This document shows, in pieces, positions 1-10,344 of a DNA stretch of 64,000 nucleotides (position 1 is the stretch's first letter; every line of letters begins with the position of its first letter). Position numbers and translations under genes: made by a program. The DNA comes from a virus. The notes below the pieces were generated by a model. It made no database searches. It saw only the letters and a list, made by a program, of their open reading frames with translations, and had not been told where the DNA came from. The stretch is from positions 1-64,000 of the IMG/VR virus record IMGVR_UViG_3300046459_000548; one strand, given 5' to 3'.

Positions 1-137
1 AGCCGCGTCTCCGACGCGATCGGCCGACCCTCCGTCCAGTCCCCGCGGGCGATCCGCGCTTTCAGGATCTCGGCGAGCTGCCGGTACGGGGTGATCGGAC
101 CCTCGTGGTCAATCTCAGCATCGGGATCTACGGCCAT
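1..137 (-). CDS. GntR-family winged-helix regulator (runs off window start)
   Basis: Manual translation from ATG at 137: MAVDPDAEIDHEGPITPYRQLAEILKARIARGDWTEGRPIASETR, a typical GntR N-terminus. Confidence 0.8.
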   Translation of the reverse strand, partial: MAVDPDAEIDHEGPITPYRQLAEILKARIARGDWTEGRPIASETR

Positions 138-297
138 GATCCGAAGCTAGACAGGGCGCCACAGACCAGCATCTTGGGCTACGTATCGATACGTCGTGAG
201 ACAGGCCGATACAAGTCGGGCTAGCCTGCAATTGCAAGAGCCCCCGGGGCAGCGGGCCACGCAGCCCCGGAGGCAGCCGACGAACGGAGCGTCGACA

Positions 298-507
298 ATG
301 AACCACCCTACGGAGCCGCAGCCCGCGCACCAGACCGCCGACACGACCGACGCCATAGAACCGGCCGGGCCCACCCCGTGCCGCTGCGGAAGCCGGGATC
401 ACGAGGCCATCAGGATCGGCGACCAGCTGTCGCCCACCGGATCCGCCGTGCGCACCGTCTACGTGTGCCCCGCCGTCTCCGCCACCGGCCTGGACGGTGT
501 CCTGTGA
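298..507 (+). CDS. small hypothetical protein (Cys motifs)
   Basis: ATG at 298 after GGAG; CxCG...C; overlaps next small ORF (GTGA). Confidence 0.45.
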   Translation: MNHPTEPQPAHQTADTTDAIEPAGPTPCRCGSRDHEAIRIGDQLSPTGSAVRTVYVCPAVSATGLDGVL

Positions 508-850
508 GGCCGCAGGTCATACGGGCCGCCCCGCCCACCCCGGAGTGGACCGCGCTCGTCAAGCACTTGCAGGCGTGCGAGAGGTGCCGGACCAGCGGGC
601 CGTGCGAGGCCGGGCAGCGGCTCGTCGAGGCGCACAAGGGTGCGCGCGGCTGACCATTGGCCTGGACCTACTGGACCTTGAAATTGCCTGTCAGGTAAGC
701 CGTGGCCAGCGTTTGACCTGCGGTTACGGAAACGTGCGGGGTACACAGAGAGCGCACAGAGATATGCGCCGCATGCGCTTCCCATACCGCCCCCGCGTGC
801 TGTTGAATCTGGGTCAATCGCGCGGTCAACCGTTGCCGCCTGTGGACCGT

Positions 851-1081
851 TTAGCCGTGAAGGAGGTCAGTCACATGCATCCTCAACGCCTCGGCCACCA
901 GCAGCAGGTGGCTGAGTTTCATCTCGCTGCCGGCTTCCATGCGCTGGATCGTCGACCGGTCGAGCCCGCTGGTGTAAGCGAGGGTCTCCTGCGTCATGTC
1001 GAGGTGCAGCCGGCGCACACGGATGCGGTCGCCGGTGGCCCGGCGGGCATCGAGAACCCACTGGGGCTGATCGGCTGGCAC
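851..1081 (-). CDS. XRE-family HTH regulator
   Basis: RIRVRRLHLDMTQETLAYTSGLDRSTIQRMEAG is an HTH_3-like sequence. Confidence 0.85.
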   Translation of the reverse strand: MPADQPQWVLDARRATGDRIRVRRLHLDMTQETLAYTSGLDRSTIQRMEAGSEMKLSHLLLVAEALRMHVTDLLHG

Positions 1082-1278
1082 CCGCTCAACGTCTTACGGA
1101 CCATGATCATAAGTCAGCAGCAGTTTTGCGGCATTCTTTGATCATGAAAGTCGCGCGACGGACCGTCAGGTCGCCCCCGTAGAACAGGTGGGTGCCCACC
1201 GCGGGCAGCCACGACAACACTCTCCGCTCGACCCTGCGGTATGGCATATGCCACAGAGGTCCCGGTAGTGTTCTGGAA

Positions 1279-1294
1279 TCGAACGAGTGTTCGC
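1279..1294. promoter_or_regulatory. putative LexA (SOS) box
   Basis: TCGAACgagtGTTCGc versus actinobacterial consensus TCGAAC-N4-GTTCGA (1 mismatch). Confidence 0.5.
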
Positions 1295-1455
1295 TCGAAA
1301 GGGTGAAGTATCGCTTCGGCCCAGATCCGTTGGGCACTACGGAAGGTCGAAGCCCATAGACGCGCCGGCCCCGCGACAGGGCGGCCCCCGTTGTGGTGGC
1401 TGGCGCAAGCGCTCCCCCTGGCATCCCAGCTGGGGGGAGCGCGCCCTTCTGTGGG

Positions 1456-1770
1456 TGGGAGATTTGGGAGGCGAATGGGAGATGATCAAGCAGATGGAAC
1501 CCGGAGAAACACCCAAGCAACCCCGAGCAACGCTGATGCAATCGGGAGTCATGCAGGCCAAACGCTGGTATCTCGCAGGCAGGAAGACCGCTGCCGTCCG
1601 CCTGGGGCGACGCGGGGGATCGTCTCAGGCGGACGGGCGCAGCAGGATTGCGGCGATGCTCCCGACCCGGCTCGCGCGCTGGTCAGGAGTGGTATCCGAC
1701 TAGGCCGCGGCCTCATCCTCTTGATCTTGGTTTTCAAGATTGGGAGATTTCTGGGAGATCAACTCGGGAG
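1456..1770. other. attP-like region: integrase arm-type direct repeats on both sides of a GC hairpin
   Basis: TGGGAGAT at 1456, 1476, 1741 and 1752 (variant at 1465); inverted repeat CCGTCCGCCTG...CAGGCGGACGG at about 1594-1635; abuts the integrase 3' end. Confidence 0.55.
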
Positions 1771-3025
1771 AGCCCTTCTCCTGCGGACGGCTCGGCGCCT
1801 CCCACTCCCTGCGGTCCACGACGACCTTCAGAGAGGCCTCCCACAACGCCTGCAGATCCGCCGCGATCTCCAGCTCCATCAGCAGCGTCGTGTGGGAGTA
1901 CACGCCCTCAACTCCACCAAGAACATGCCGCATCCGGTCCTCCACCGCAACCCTCGGATGCTTCAGCTCATCCAGCCACACCTTCATCGAATGCCGCAGC
2001 CCGTGCGGCCCGATGCCCTGGATACCCGCCACAGCCTCCAGGTACGGCAGCCGCGACGGCCGGCCCAGCCGGTCCGGCATCGCCGGGTGGCCGTCCGCCC
2101 ACAGCCGCCACACCTCCTCATAGAACGAGGTCGTGTTCAGCTTGCCGCCCTTCGGCCCCGTGAACACCCACTCAGCCTTGTGGGAGGCCAGCACCTGCCG
2201 CAGCAGCTCCGCAAGGAACGGCGGCAGGATGATGCTGCCCGACGAGCCGTACTTCGGACCCACCTGGGCCGGCTTGCCGTCGACGTACTGATGCTGCGCC
2301 TGCACGAGGAGCCGACAGCCCTGCCCGTGGTCTTCGAGGATGAGGTGCTCGCGGCGAAGGCCGACTACCTCAGAGATGCGCAGCCCGCAGTAGGCGATCG
2401 TGAGCACCAGCGTGTAGCCGACAAGGCCGCGCATCTTCTCGGCGTTCCGCGCCAGGAGCAGGGCCTGCCGCGGCGTGGCCAGCACGGTCTCGTCCTTCTG
2501 CTGCTTCCCCTTGTATCTGCCGCGGCGCCGCGACTTGAGCGTGGGAACCGGGTTGTCGCCGCGGACCTTCGAGGCGGCGGCGTCCTCGAACAGGACCCGC
2601 AGCACCGACATCACCGACTTCACGTAGCGCGGCTTGTACCGCGTGCGGAGTTCCTTCTCCCACGTCTTGACCGCGACCTCGGACACGTCCGCCATCGCGA
2701 TCGCCCCCCACTTCGGGAGGATCACGGACCGCAGGCGCTGCCGGTACGTCTTGTCGCTGCGGTTGGCCAGCTCCACGGACTCGATCCAGATCTGCGCCCA
2801 CTCGGCGACCGTGATACGGCCGCTCCGGGGATCAATGAACGTCTTGCGCCGCACGTCGGTTTCCAGGCCGACGGCGTACTCACGGGCAGCACGCTCCGTA
2901 TAGAACGGCTGCTTGCTGTCGTCCCGGCTGACGGAGCCCCAGGTGCCGTCGGGCTTCAGATACCTGCCGCGCCAACGCCACTTGCGGGCCTTCTTGTCGT
3001 AGCCGCGCTTCTCGGCATGGGCCAT
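1700..3025 (-). CDS. int: tyrosine recombinase / phage integrase
   Basis: GLRISE (catalytic R), HGLRH, MRH and YSH motifs; N-terminal arm-binding domain. Confidence 0.95.
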   Translation of the reverse strand: MAHAEKRGYDKKARKWRWRGRYLKPDGTWGSVSRDDSKQPFYTERAAREYAVGLETDVRRKTFIDPRSGRITVAEWAQIWIESVELANRSDKTYRQRLRSVILPKWGAIAMADVSEVAVKTWEKELRTRYKPRYVKSVMSVLRVLFEDAAASKVRGDNPVPTLKSRRRGRYKGKQQKDETVLATPRQALLLARNAEKMRGLVGYTLVLTIAYCGLRISEVVGLRREHLILEDHGQGCRLLVQAQHQYVDGKPAQVGPKYGSSGSIILPPFLAELLRQVLASHKAEWVFTGPKGGKLNTTSFYEEVWRLWADGHPAMPDRLGRPSRLPYLEAVAGIQGIGPHGLRHSMKVWLDELKHPRVAVEDRMRHVLGGVEGVYSHTTLLMELEIAADLQALWEASLKVVVDRREWEAPSRPQEKGSPELISQKSPNLENQDQEDEAAA

Positions 3026-3104
3026 CGATCACCTCGCAGGGGCGTGAAATGGAGCAGGGGTGCGGACGCCAGTGGGGGACGACGTCGCTGCCCCGTGCTC
3101 ATTC

Positions 3105-3320
3105 TCAACCAGTGATCGCCCTCAAGTTGCGGCGGACGAAGGAATAGTCCAGCCGCTTCCAGCCGGCAGCGTGCCGGCGGAGCACTCTCTCGAGGTGCTT
3201 CGCGCCCCGATCGGTGATCAGAGCGCGATCTATGTAGATCATGAAGTCTTCCTGGCTGTCGTCCAGCCAGATCTCAACGTTGCACGGCATACCAGACACT
3301 GCCAGAACCCGCACTGACAT
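3105..3320 (-). CDS. small protein between repressor and integrase
   Basis: ATG at 3320 with upstream G-rich RBS; MSVRVLAVSGMPCNVEIWLDD... Confidence 0.6.
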   Translation of the reverse strand: MSVRVLAVSGMPCNVEIWLDDSQEDFMIYIDRALITDRGAKHLERVLRRHAAGWKRLDYSFVRRNLRAITG

Positions 3321-3423
3321 AGGTCCCCCAAGACCACTGCGGGCGGCCCCCTTTGTGGTCCGCATATGACACCACACTTCCCGCTGTGACGGGAGGGGAT
3401 GACCACAGTCAATGAGCAGGCGC

Positions 3424-3975
3424 TTACGAACCGTTCGCAGCTTGGGCTTCCCCGCCGTCGTCGGGGAGTCGGCGCAGCTTCCGTTCGGCTTCACGCCAGG
3501 CGAGAAGGGCCTCCTGGATCTGCTCCGGCGTGGCGTCTGGCTGCCCGTGGACCACGACGGTCATGCGGGCGCCTTCGACACCGGGCAGGTCGATCACGGT
3601 GGAGTCGAGCAGGGGGTCCTCGCTCTCCAGCTCGTCGACGATCCGCAGGGGAAGCTTGCGCCGCAACTTGCCCTCGATGGACGTGACGTCGGCTGACGCT
3701 TCGGAGGCTGATGCGAGTTTCGGTTCCCCGCCGTCGAGGATGGCGCGGCCTGAGCCTGCCGCCCATCCGAGATGAGGCTCGAGCCTGGCAAGGGACTGCG
3801 GCATGCGGCTGCGCGGCTTGCCGCTCTCAAGGTTCTGGACGCTCCCCTCGCTGACGCCGGCGAGTTCGGCGAGTTTGGGCTGCGTGAGGCCGCGCGTCTC
3901 GCGCGCCGATCGGATGGCGGATGCGAGTTCGGCCCACCGCAGTTTGGTCCGGTCCTCTGTCATGAGTTTCATCAT
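3424..3975 (-). CDS. CI-like XRE immunity repressor
   Basis: AIRSARETRGLTQPKLAELAGVSEGSVQNLESG HTH; divergent from Cro-like gene. Confidence 0.85.
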   Translation of the reverse strand: MMKLMTEDRTKLRWAELASAIRSARETRGLTQPKLAELAGVSEGSVQNLESGKPRSRMPQSLARLEPHLGWAAGSGRAILDGGEPKLASASEASADVTSIEGKLRRKLPLRIVDELESEDPLLDSTVIDLPGVEGARMTVVVHGQPDATPEQIQEALLAWREAERKLRRLPDDGGEAQAANGS

Positions 3976-4231
3976 GCCGCACGGTCTGGCAACACGCACC
4001 CACCGAATCCCCTAATTGACCAGGATTGATCGGTCTTAGGGGCTCATTTTTGTTGCCTCGTTAGCGCCTTGTTACGCCTGCGTCACGTGTGCGCCCATGC
4101 ACGCCCCGCACACCTCTGGCCACAGATCAGGGCAACGAAACCGACAACACACCCAAGGAAGCCCGGGAAACACCCAACGAACCCCGCACAACACCTTGCG
4201 GCTCCCCTTCGTTGCGTCTAGGTTATGCCTT

Positions 4232-4450
4232 GTGAGACCCAACGGAGCCGCAATGAAAGCCATCCGCACGGCACGAGGGATCGGCCTGAGGCGGCTCGCC
4301 GAAGCCATCGGCATCGACCCCGGCTACCTCTCCCGCGTCGAAAACGGCCAACAAGGAGCAGGGGACGGGACCCTCCACCGCTACGCCGAAGAGCTCGACG
4401 TGCCCATCCAAGCCATAACCCACGAGGAGAAGCCCCGTGACCAGGAATGA
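4232..4450 (+). CDS. Cro-like XRE HTH protein
   Basis: IRTARGIGLRRLAEAIGIDPGYLSRVENG. Confidence 0.85.
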   Translation: MRPNGAAMKAIRTARGIGLRRLAEAIGIDPGYLSRVENGQQGAGDGTLHRYAEELDVPIQAITHEEKPRDQE

Positions 4451-4772
4451 CCTGGCTCCCCCCGCCGAGGCCGGCCGGGAGGCCATCCAGAACGCCGTCG
4501 ACACCACACTCATCCTGCGCCTGGCCAGTGCTGTCGAGCAGCTAACCGCCGTACAGAGCGCATCCGACCTCGAACTCCGCTGTTTCACCCCGGAAGAGGC
4601 CGCGCGAATCCTCGGCAAGACCGAGAACTGGGTCGTCGAGAACATCCAGGCCCGACGGATCCCCTTCACCTACGTCGGCAAGTCGCCCCGCCTCACCGCG
4701 GAGCACATCCGCTGGATCCGGGCGCAGGGCGAAGTGCTCCCGCACAAGTACGCCAAGCCCATCGCCGCCTAA
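4437..4772 (+). CDS. excisionase-like HTH protein
   Basis: FTPEEAARILGKTENWV...RIPFTYVGKSPRL resembles HTH_17/Xis. Confidence 0.75.
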   Translation: MTRNDLAPPAEAGREAIQNAVDTTLILRLASAVEQLTAVQSASDLELRCFTPEEAARILGKTENWVVENIQARRIPFTYVGKSPRLTAEHIRWIRAQGEVLPHKYAKPIAA

Positions 4773-4879
4773 ACGCGGCAAGCCCCCACCGCCGGGCTTC
4801 CACACACCGGCAGCAGGGGCCTCGCGGCCCGAGAGCCGCGCGATCCACCCGCAGATCCCTGAGAGAACAGGAGTGGACC

Positions 4880-5713
4880 TTGTCCACATCGTCGCACGAG
4901 GTCGTGAAACTCGATCTCACCGCCGGCTCCATCCACACCGCGCTGGTCGCCGGCCAGCCGCACATCGTGCTCAAGCCCGCCATCGAAGACCTGGGCCTCA
5001 GCTACGCCGCCCAGTACCGCAAGCTGCAGACCCGCTCGTGGGCCTCCGTTGCTCAGACGGCAATGCAGATGCCGGGCGACGACCAGGTGCGCAACCACCT
5101 GACCGTGCCGGTCCGCACGTTCCTGATGCTCCTCGCGAACGTCAACGAGAACCGCGTCGCCGAGGCCATCCGCCCGACCCTCATCGCCTTCCAGAACGAG
5201 ACCGCGGACGCGATCGAGGCGTACTGGACGCAGGGCGGCGCCATCAACGAGCGCGCCACCGATGAGCAGTTGGACGCGCTGGAGCAGCAGATCGAGGAGC
5301 GCCGCATCCGCCGCGCACTCGGCCTGGTCCAGCTGATCGCAGCGATGGACGAGAGCGTCGACCCGAAGTGGAAGCGGTCCCGGCAGCTGCACCACTACGC
5401 GGAGGCGGCCGGCGAGATTGCACAGATCGCCCCGGAAGACCGGGCGCTGCTGGTCGAGACGTACCTGAAGGACCGTGGCCTGTCCCGCGACGAGTCGAAG
5501 TCGGTCCGGTCGTCGTTCGGCCGACGGGTGTCGCTGGCGTATCAGATGAAGCACAACGGCGAGAAGCCGAAGGACTCGATCGGCCTGGTGGATGGCCGTG
5601 AGCGCTCGGTGAAGTCGTACACCGAGGCGGACCGCCCGATGTTCGACAAGGTGTGGGACGAGTTCTATGCCGACCGCTACCCCTCCCAGCAGTGGCTCGG
5701 TGAGGCGTCGTGA
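4880..5713 (+). CDS. phage antirepressor (P22 Ant N-terminal-like domain)
   Basis: PHIVLKPAIEDLGLSYAAQYRKL...FQNETADAIEAYWTQG. Confidence 0.8.
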   Translation: MSTSSHEVVKLDLTAGSIHTALVAGQPHIVLKPAIEDLGLSYAAQYRKLQTRSWASVAQTAMQMPGDDQVRNHLTVPVRTFLMLLANVNENRVAEAIRPTLIAFQNETADAIEAYWTQGGAINERATDEQLDALEQQIEERRIRRALGLVQLIAAMDESVDPKWKRSRQLHHYAEAAGEIAQIAPEDRALLVETYLKDRGLSRDESKSVRSSFGRRVSLAYQMKHNGEKPKDSIGLVDGRERSVKSYTEADRPMFDKVWDEFYADRYPSQQWLGEAS

Positions 5714-8700
5714 TCACGATGAACCTTCCCGACGTCCCGATGTCGGATCACGTCGCCGCCCACACGGGCTGCCAACTCCCGCTCCGCGTCTTGCACGCGG
5801 TCGAGGAGGCCCGCCTCGCCGTCGAGGACGTCCGTCGTTTCCGTGCCCCGCTGTACGCGGAGGACCGGGAGGACGCGCTGGCCCGTGTCGCCGCCGCGAA
5901 CAAGGTGCTCGCCGCCTGCAACCCGGGGCTCATCGTCCGGATCGGAGATGCGGCATGAGCATCCCCAACTTCCTGGCCACGCTTTCCGGTGGCGACCTGC
6001 CCGCGGATGCGGTGCGCGAGGACCGGTGCCTGAAGGCTCCGATCGGCTGCGGCCAGCCGCTCATCGCAGAGGACGCCACGGCCCGCGTCTTCTGGGACGA
6101 AGAGGAAGCCAGCCGCTACGAAGCCGAGTGGCGTATCACCGGCCTCTGCCCGGACTGCCAAGACGCCCTCGATGCAGGCGAACCAATCACCGATCTGGCC
6201 ACGGCCGTCGAGGTCATGGGCGCCCTGCCGATGCCCGCCGGACCGGCGCCCGCCGCCACCCCCCGCTGGCACCAGCTCCGCGCGGACCTGATCGCCACGT
6301 TCTCCCCCTACATGCCGGTGACGGGCGCGACCAAGGCAACCGACGTCCTGGATGCGCTGATCGTCGAGCTGGGCGCCCCCGGGCTCACCCCGCGCGGCGG
6401 AGCGGAGGCCGGGCGATGACGACGACCCCGCGCCCGATCCGCGACCTGGACGTACCGCCGGTCTGCCGCTTGTACGCCAGCCCCGACCACCGCGTGTGGC
6501 CCCTGGACCGCACCTACGTGGACGTCAACGGGAGCGAGTGGGAGTGGGACCGCCACGACTACGACCTCACCGCCGGCCCGGAGATGACGTCGTCGTCGTT
6601 CCCGTTCCTGCACCTGCCGCTGATCGGCCTCGCCGTGCACTGCGGCCTGCACTCGGACACCACCACCGCGACCGCCGCCGGGGAGCTGGTCTTCCAGATC
6701 CACGACGCCGCCGACGCCGGATACACGCCAGGAGACGACTCGTGACCACGCTGAGCCTGACCGACATGACGACCAGCTTCCGCGCCCTGGAAACCCTCGC
6801 CGAGGAGTACCCGCAGCTGCCCGCCGCCACCTTCCACCTTCGCGGTGTCACGCTCGCCGCCGAGCAGGTCATCGACGTCCAGCTGCACCACGAGCCGGCC
6901 GCGTTCACCGCCTGGTGCGATGCGTTCGGCGTTGACACGGCGCCGCTCGAGACCCGCGGAACCGGGTTCGGCTACTACACGCGGGCCGTCGTCCGGTACG
7001 CCGGGGTCACGTTCGTCATCGTCCTCGACCACCTGGACCGCGAGTGGCGGACCGCACCCCTGGCGGTGGCGGTATGAGTACCTTGACGGCCGCCTGCGCC
7101 GACTGCCGGGAAATTCAGGCCAACCGCGCCTGGGTCCTGCGAGCCCTCGGTCACCCGGACTGCATCGCAGCGATCCGCGCTGAGCAGCTCGCGGCCCGCA
7201 AGTTCTGGATCCGCATCAATCCGCAGGGCTGCGTGGAGGGTTCCGCGCTGGGCGACTACGTCGGCCCGCTCGTCGAGGACGCGCACAAGCAGTTCACGTC
7301 CCGCGTCCGTGACAGGCGGCGCGAGGCGGCCGAGGGGTACCGGCACGAGCTCGTCGGGCACGCCGAGTGGAAGCGCCGCGCCGAGCCGTGCCTGCGCGGC
7401 AAGTGTCAGCACCGGAAGGCGGCGTCTTGATGGGCGCCGAGCTCGCCGACTACGGCCCGCAGCCGACCACCTCGGACGCCGCCCTGCAGCGCCAGGCCGC
7501 GGTCCGCATCGCCGACCAGATCGCCGCCGAGCATCCGCACCCGCTCGACGACGTGATGCCGCGGATCGCCGGCGCGGTCATCGCGAAGGACCCGGCGATC
7601 GCCGCCGGGGTGCTGGAGCTCCTCGCCGCACTCGGCATCCGACCCGACCAGATCCGGAGGACGAAGTGATCGCCGGACTGTTCATCGCCGTCGCAGCCGT
7701 GGCCCTGCTCCTCGCCAGCGCCCGCGACGACCGCCGTAACCGCAACACCCGGGAGGGGCAGTGAGCACCACCATCTGGATCGCCGTCGCGGTCATCGGCT
7801 GCGTCTGGCTGCTGATCGTCGTCCGCGAAGTCCGCTACCTGTCCCAAACCGCCCCGGCGCAGCCCGCACCCGACCGGCTCGCGTGGATCGACGACCGGGC
7901 CCGCACCGAGACCGACATGTCCCGCCGCGCCGCCTGGCGCTCCCTCCGCCGCGCCGTGCAGGAAGAGGACGAGCTGTGACCACCCTGACCACCCCCACCG
8001 ACGCCGAGATAGCCGACCTCATCGGCAAGGCCGCCGACGTCATCGACACCAACGGGCACTGCAAGCGGGACCTGTACGACCACAAGCAGGCCGCGGGCGG
8101 CACCAAGCCGGCCAACTGCCGGGTCGACATCATCGGCGCCCTCAACATCGCCGCGCACGGCACGCCCGTCTACACCGGCCGCGACCTCCGCGTCTGGGCT
8201 GCTGAGCAGGCCATCCTCGCCCGGATCCCGGAGGCGGCGATCGTCTCCTGGAACGACGCCCGCGGCCACGGCAAGCGGGAAGCCGCCAAGCTCCTCCGCG
8301 ACACCGCGGCCAGCCTGAAGGCGGGGGTGGCGGCATGAGCCTCACCACCACCGCACCCGGCAAGCACACCGCCGCCTACCGCGAACTCGAAGCCCGCCTC
8401 GCCCAGGTGGAAGCCGACAACCAGGCGCTGATCGCCCGCAACGAAGAACTCGTCTGCGAGCTCACCGGCACCATCCTCTCCGCCAGCCGGTACTCCCTGC
8501 GGGCTGCCATAGCCGAGGACGAGAACGGTCGGCTGCTGAAGGCGAACGAGGGCCTGCGGCACAAGACGATCCGCGCGAAGGCCGAACAGGAGCGGCTCCG
8601 GCAGGCCGTCATCAACGCCCGGCCCCGCATCCGCGAGGTGCCGAGCGCCATGGTCCGCCCGTACTCGCCGGTCGTCGTCCTGCCCTACGTCTCCCCGGTC

Positions 8701-8802
8701 CCGCACCGCTCGACCGCCAACGACGCGACGCAGCAACTGCCGATCCTCGACCGGCCGCAGCCGGCCGTCTGGCCCGTGTACGCGACGCCCGCCACCACCT
8801 GA
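5710..8802 (+). other. chain of about 10 small translationally coupled early hypothetical genes (5710-5958, 5955-6419, 6416-6745, 6742-7077, 7074-7430, 7430-7669, 7666-7764, 7761-7979, 7976-8338, 8335-8802)
   Basis: Repeated ATGA/GTGA/TGATG start-stop overlaps; 7976-8338 resembles DUF6197-type actinophage proteins. Confidence 0.7.
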
Positions 8803-8883
8803 CTCCGCCGCCGCGCCGGATGAACCCGGCCGGCGAGGCGGCGGCCCAAAGCAGAAACCCCCGAGCGACGAAAGGAGAGGCGA

Positions 8884-9552
8884 ATGTCCGTATGGCGCTG
8901 CGAAGGCTGCGGGACCGAGGTGAACGGCAAGATCCGCCGCGGACGCTGCCAGCCCTGCTACCGCAAGCACCTCGCACGGCTACGCGAAGCCGGAGTGGGA
9001 GCTCCAGCGCAACCCAGGAAGTACCGGCCGCGGAAGCCCTTGCCTCGACTGGCTGCTGCGGAGCGCATCTTCCGGCACACCACTCCCGGCTGGGGAGGCT
9101 GCGTCCTCTACACGGGCCACCTGAGCGTGCAGGGGTACGGAGTGTCGACCGTCGACGGGCAGCCTGCGGGAGCGCACCGCCTGGTCTACCTCAGTCTCAT
9201 CGGCGAGATCTCTGACGGACTGATGCTCGACCACGTCTGCCACTCCAGTGACGCGGACTGCGCCGGCGGCCCGACCTGCATACATCGACGCTGCGTAAAT
9301 CCGAACCACCTCGAGCCCGTGACTGCCGCAGAGAACAACATGCGCGGCCGGAGCCGAAGCGCAGAGAACTTCCTGAAGACCCACTGCATGCACGGCCACC
9401 CCTTCACGCCGGAGAACACGCAGCTGCTGAAGAAGCTCCGGCACGACGGCCAGCCCCAGCGGCGATGCCGTGAATGCCGCCGCATCGCCAACAGGAAGTG
9501 GGCTGGCGGCAAGAAGAAGCGGCGCCAGCTTGTAGCCGCATCGCCCAAGTAG
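8884..9552 (+). CDS. HNH endonuclease with Zn fingers
   Basis: GYG...AHRLVY...LDHVC...CVNPNHLEPVTAAENNMRG; KTHCMHGH; CREC. Confidence 0.85.
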   Translation: MSVWRCEGCGTEVNGKIRRGRCQPCYRKHLARLREAGVGAPAQPRKYRPRKPLPRLAAAERIFRHTTPGWGGCVLYTGHLSVQGYGVSTVDGQPAGAHRLVYLSLIGEISDGLMLDHVCHSSDADCAGGPTCIHRRCVNPNHLEPVTAAENNMRGRSRSAENFLKTHCMHGHPFTPENTQLLKKLRHDGQPQRRCRECRRIANRKWAGGKKKRRQLVAASPK

Positions 9553-9611
9553 CAACGCCCCGCCGGGCGAATCGGCGGGGCATCCGACACCAGCATCCCA
9601 CGGAGTAGATC

Positions 9612-10115
9612 GTGACGACTGCAGTGACCGAGACCCAGGCGCAAGAGCGCGAGCGCCTCACCTACGAACAGCGCGAACTGGGCAAGACCATCCGCGAAGG
9701 CGGCACCGCCCCGGAGGCGCGCGAGCGGCTGCGCGCAGTCACCCTGCGCCTGCGGGAGATCGCGGCCACCGCGCCGCCCGGATATGCACTCCCGAAGGCA
9801 GCCGCAGATCTCGCCGCTCACGCGGAAGCGCACGGATGGATGGCCCTCGTGCAGTGGACTCCGCCCGCATACAGCGGCGAGCCCTACGTCAGCGTGCAGG
9901 TCGGGCGCCTGGTCACCGAAGCGGACGGATACCTCGGGCTCGGCGACCGCTGGAAGTTCGAGGTGTCGTGGCACTCCCGCGGATGCGCTCCGGGGAAGGT
10001 CCGCATGTTCGGCAACGGGCACGCGGTGACCCCGGCCAACCCGGGAGGCGGCTACGCCCCCTCGGTGAAGACGATCCGCGCCGTCATCGAGCAGCACTCG
10101 GCGCCCAGCGCCTGA
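9612..10115 (+). CDS. hypothetical protein
   Basis: ORF with GGAG RBS and GC-rich third codon positions. Confidence 0.6.
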   Translation: MTTAVTETQAQERERLTYEQRELGKTIREGGTAPEARERLRAVTLRLREIAATAPPGYALPKAAADLAAHAEAHGWMALVQWTPPAYSGEPYVSVQVGRLVTEADGYLGLGDRWKFEVSWHSRGCAPGKVRMFGNGHAVTPANPGGGYAPSVKTIRAVIEQHSAPSA

Positions 10116-10344
10116 CCCCCACCAGCCCGTCTGCGGGCGTCGATCCCGCATCCGCCCGCCGGCGCGACCACTTGGAGAACCCCATGAACGAGCACAGCAC
10201 CATCGAGACCACCACCGTCTTCCAGCCCGCTCTGTTCCCGCTGTCCGCGGTGCAGACCAGCGGCTACGCCACCCCCGAGCCCGAGTCGGACACCGAGGTC
10301 GTCGCCGACGACGACACCACGCAGCCCGCAGAGGACGCGGCCTG

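Noticed and set aside
1560-1700. tRNA fragment as att core
   Set aside because: No GTTCRA T-loop or CCA-ended cloverleaf recognisable
1391-3115. Long antisense ORFs (also 59717-61477, 46047-47492, 19273-20649)
   Set aside because: Shadows of real genes caused by high-GC codon bias; no recognisable motifs
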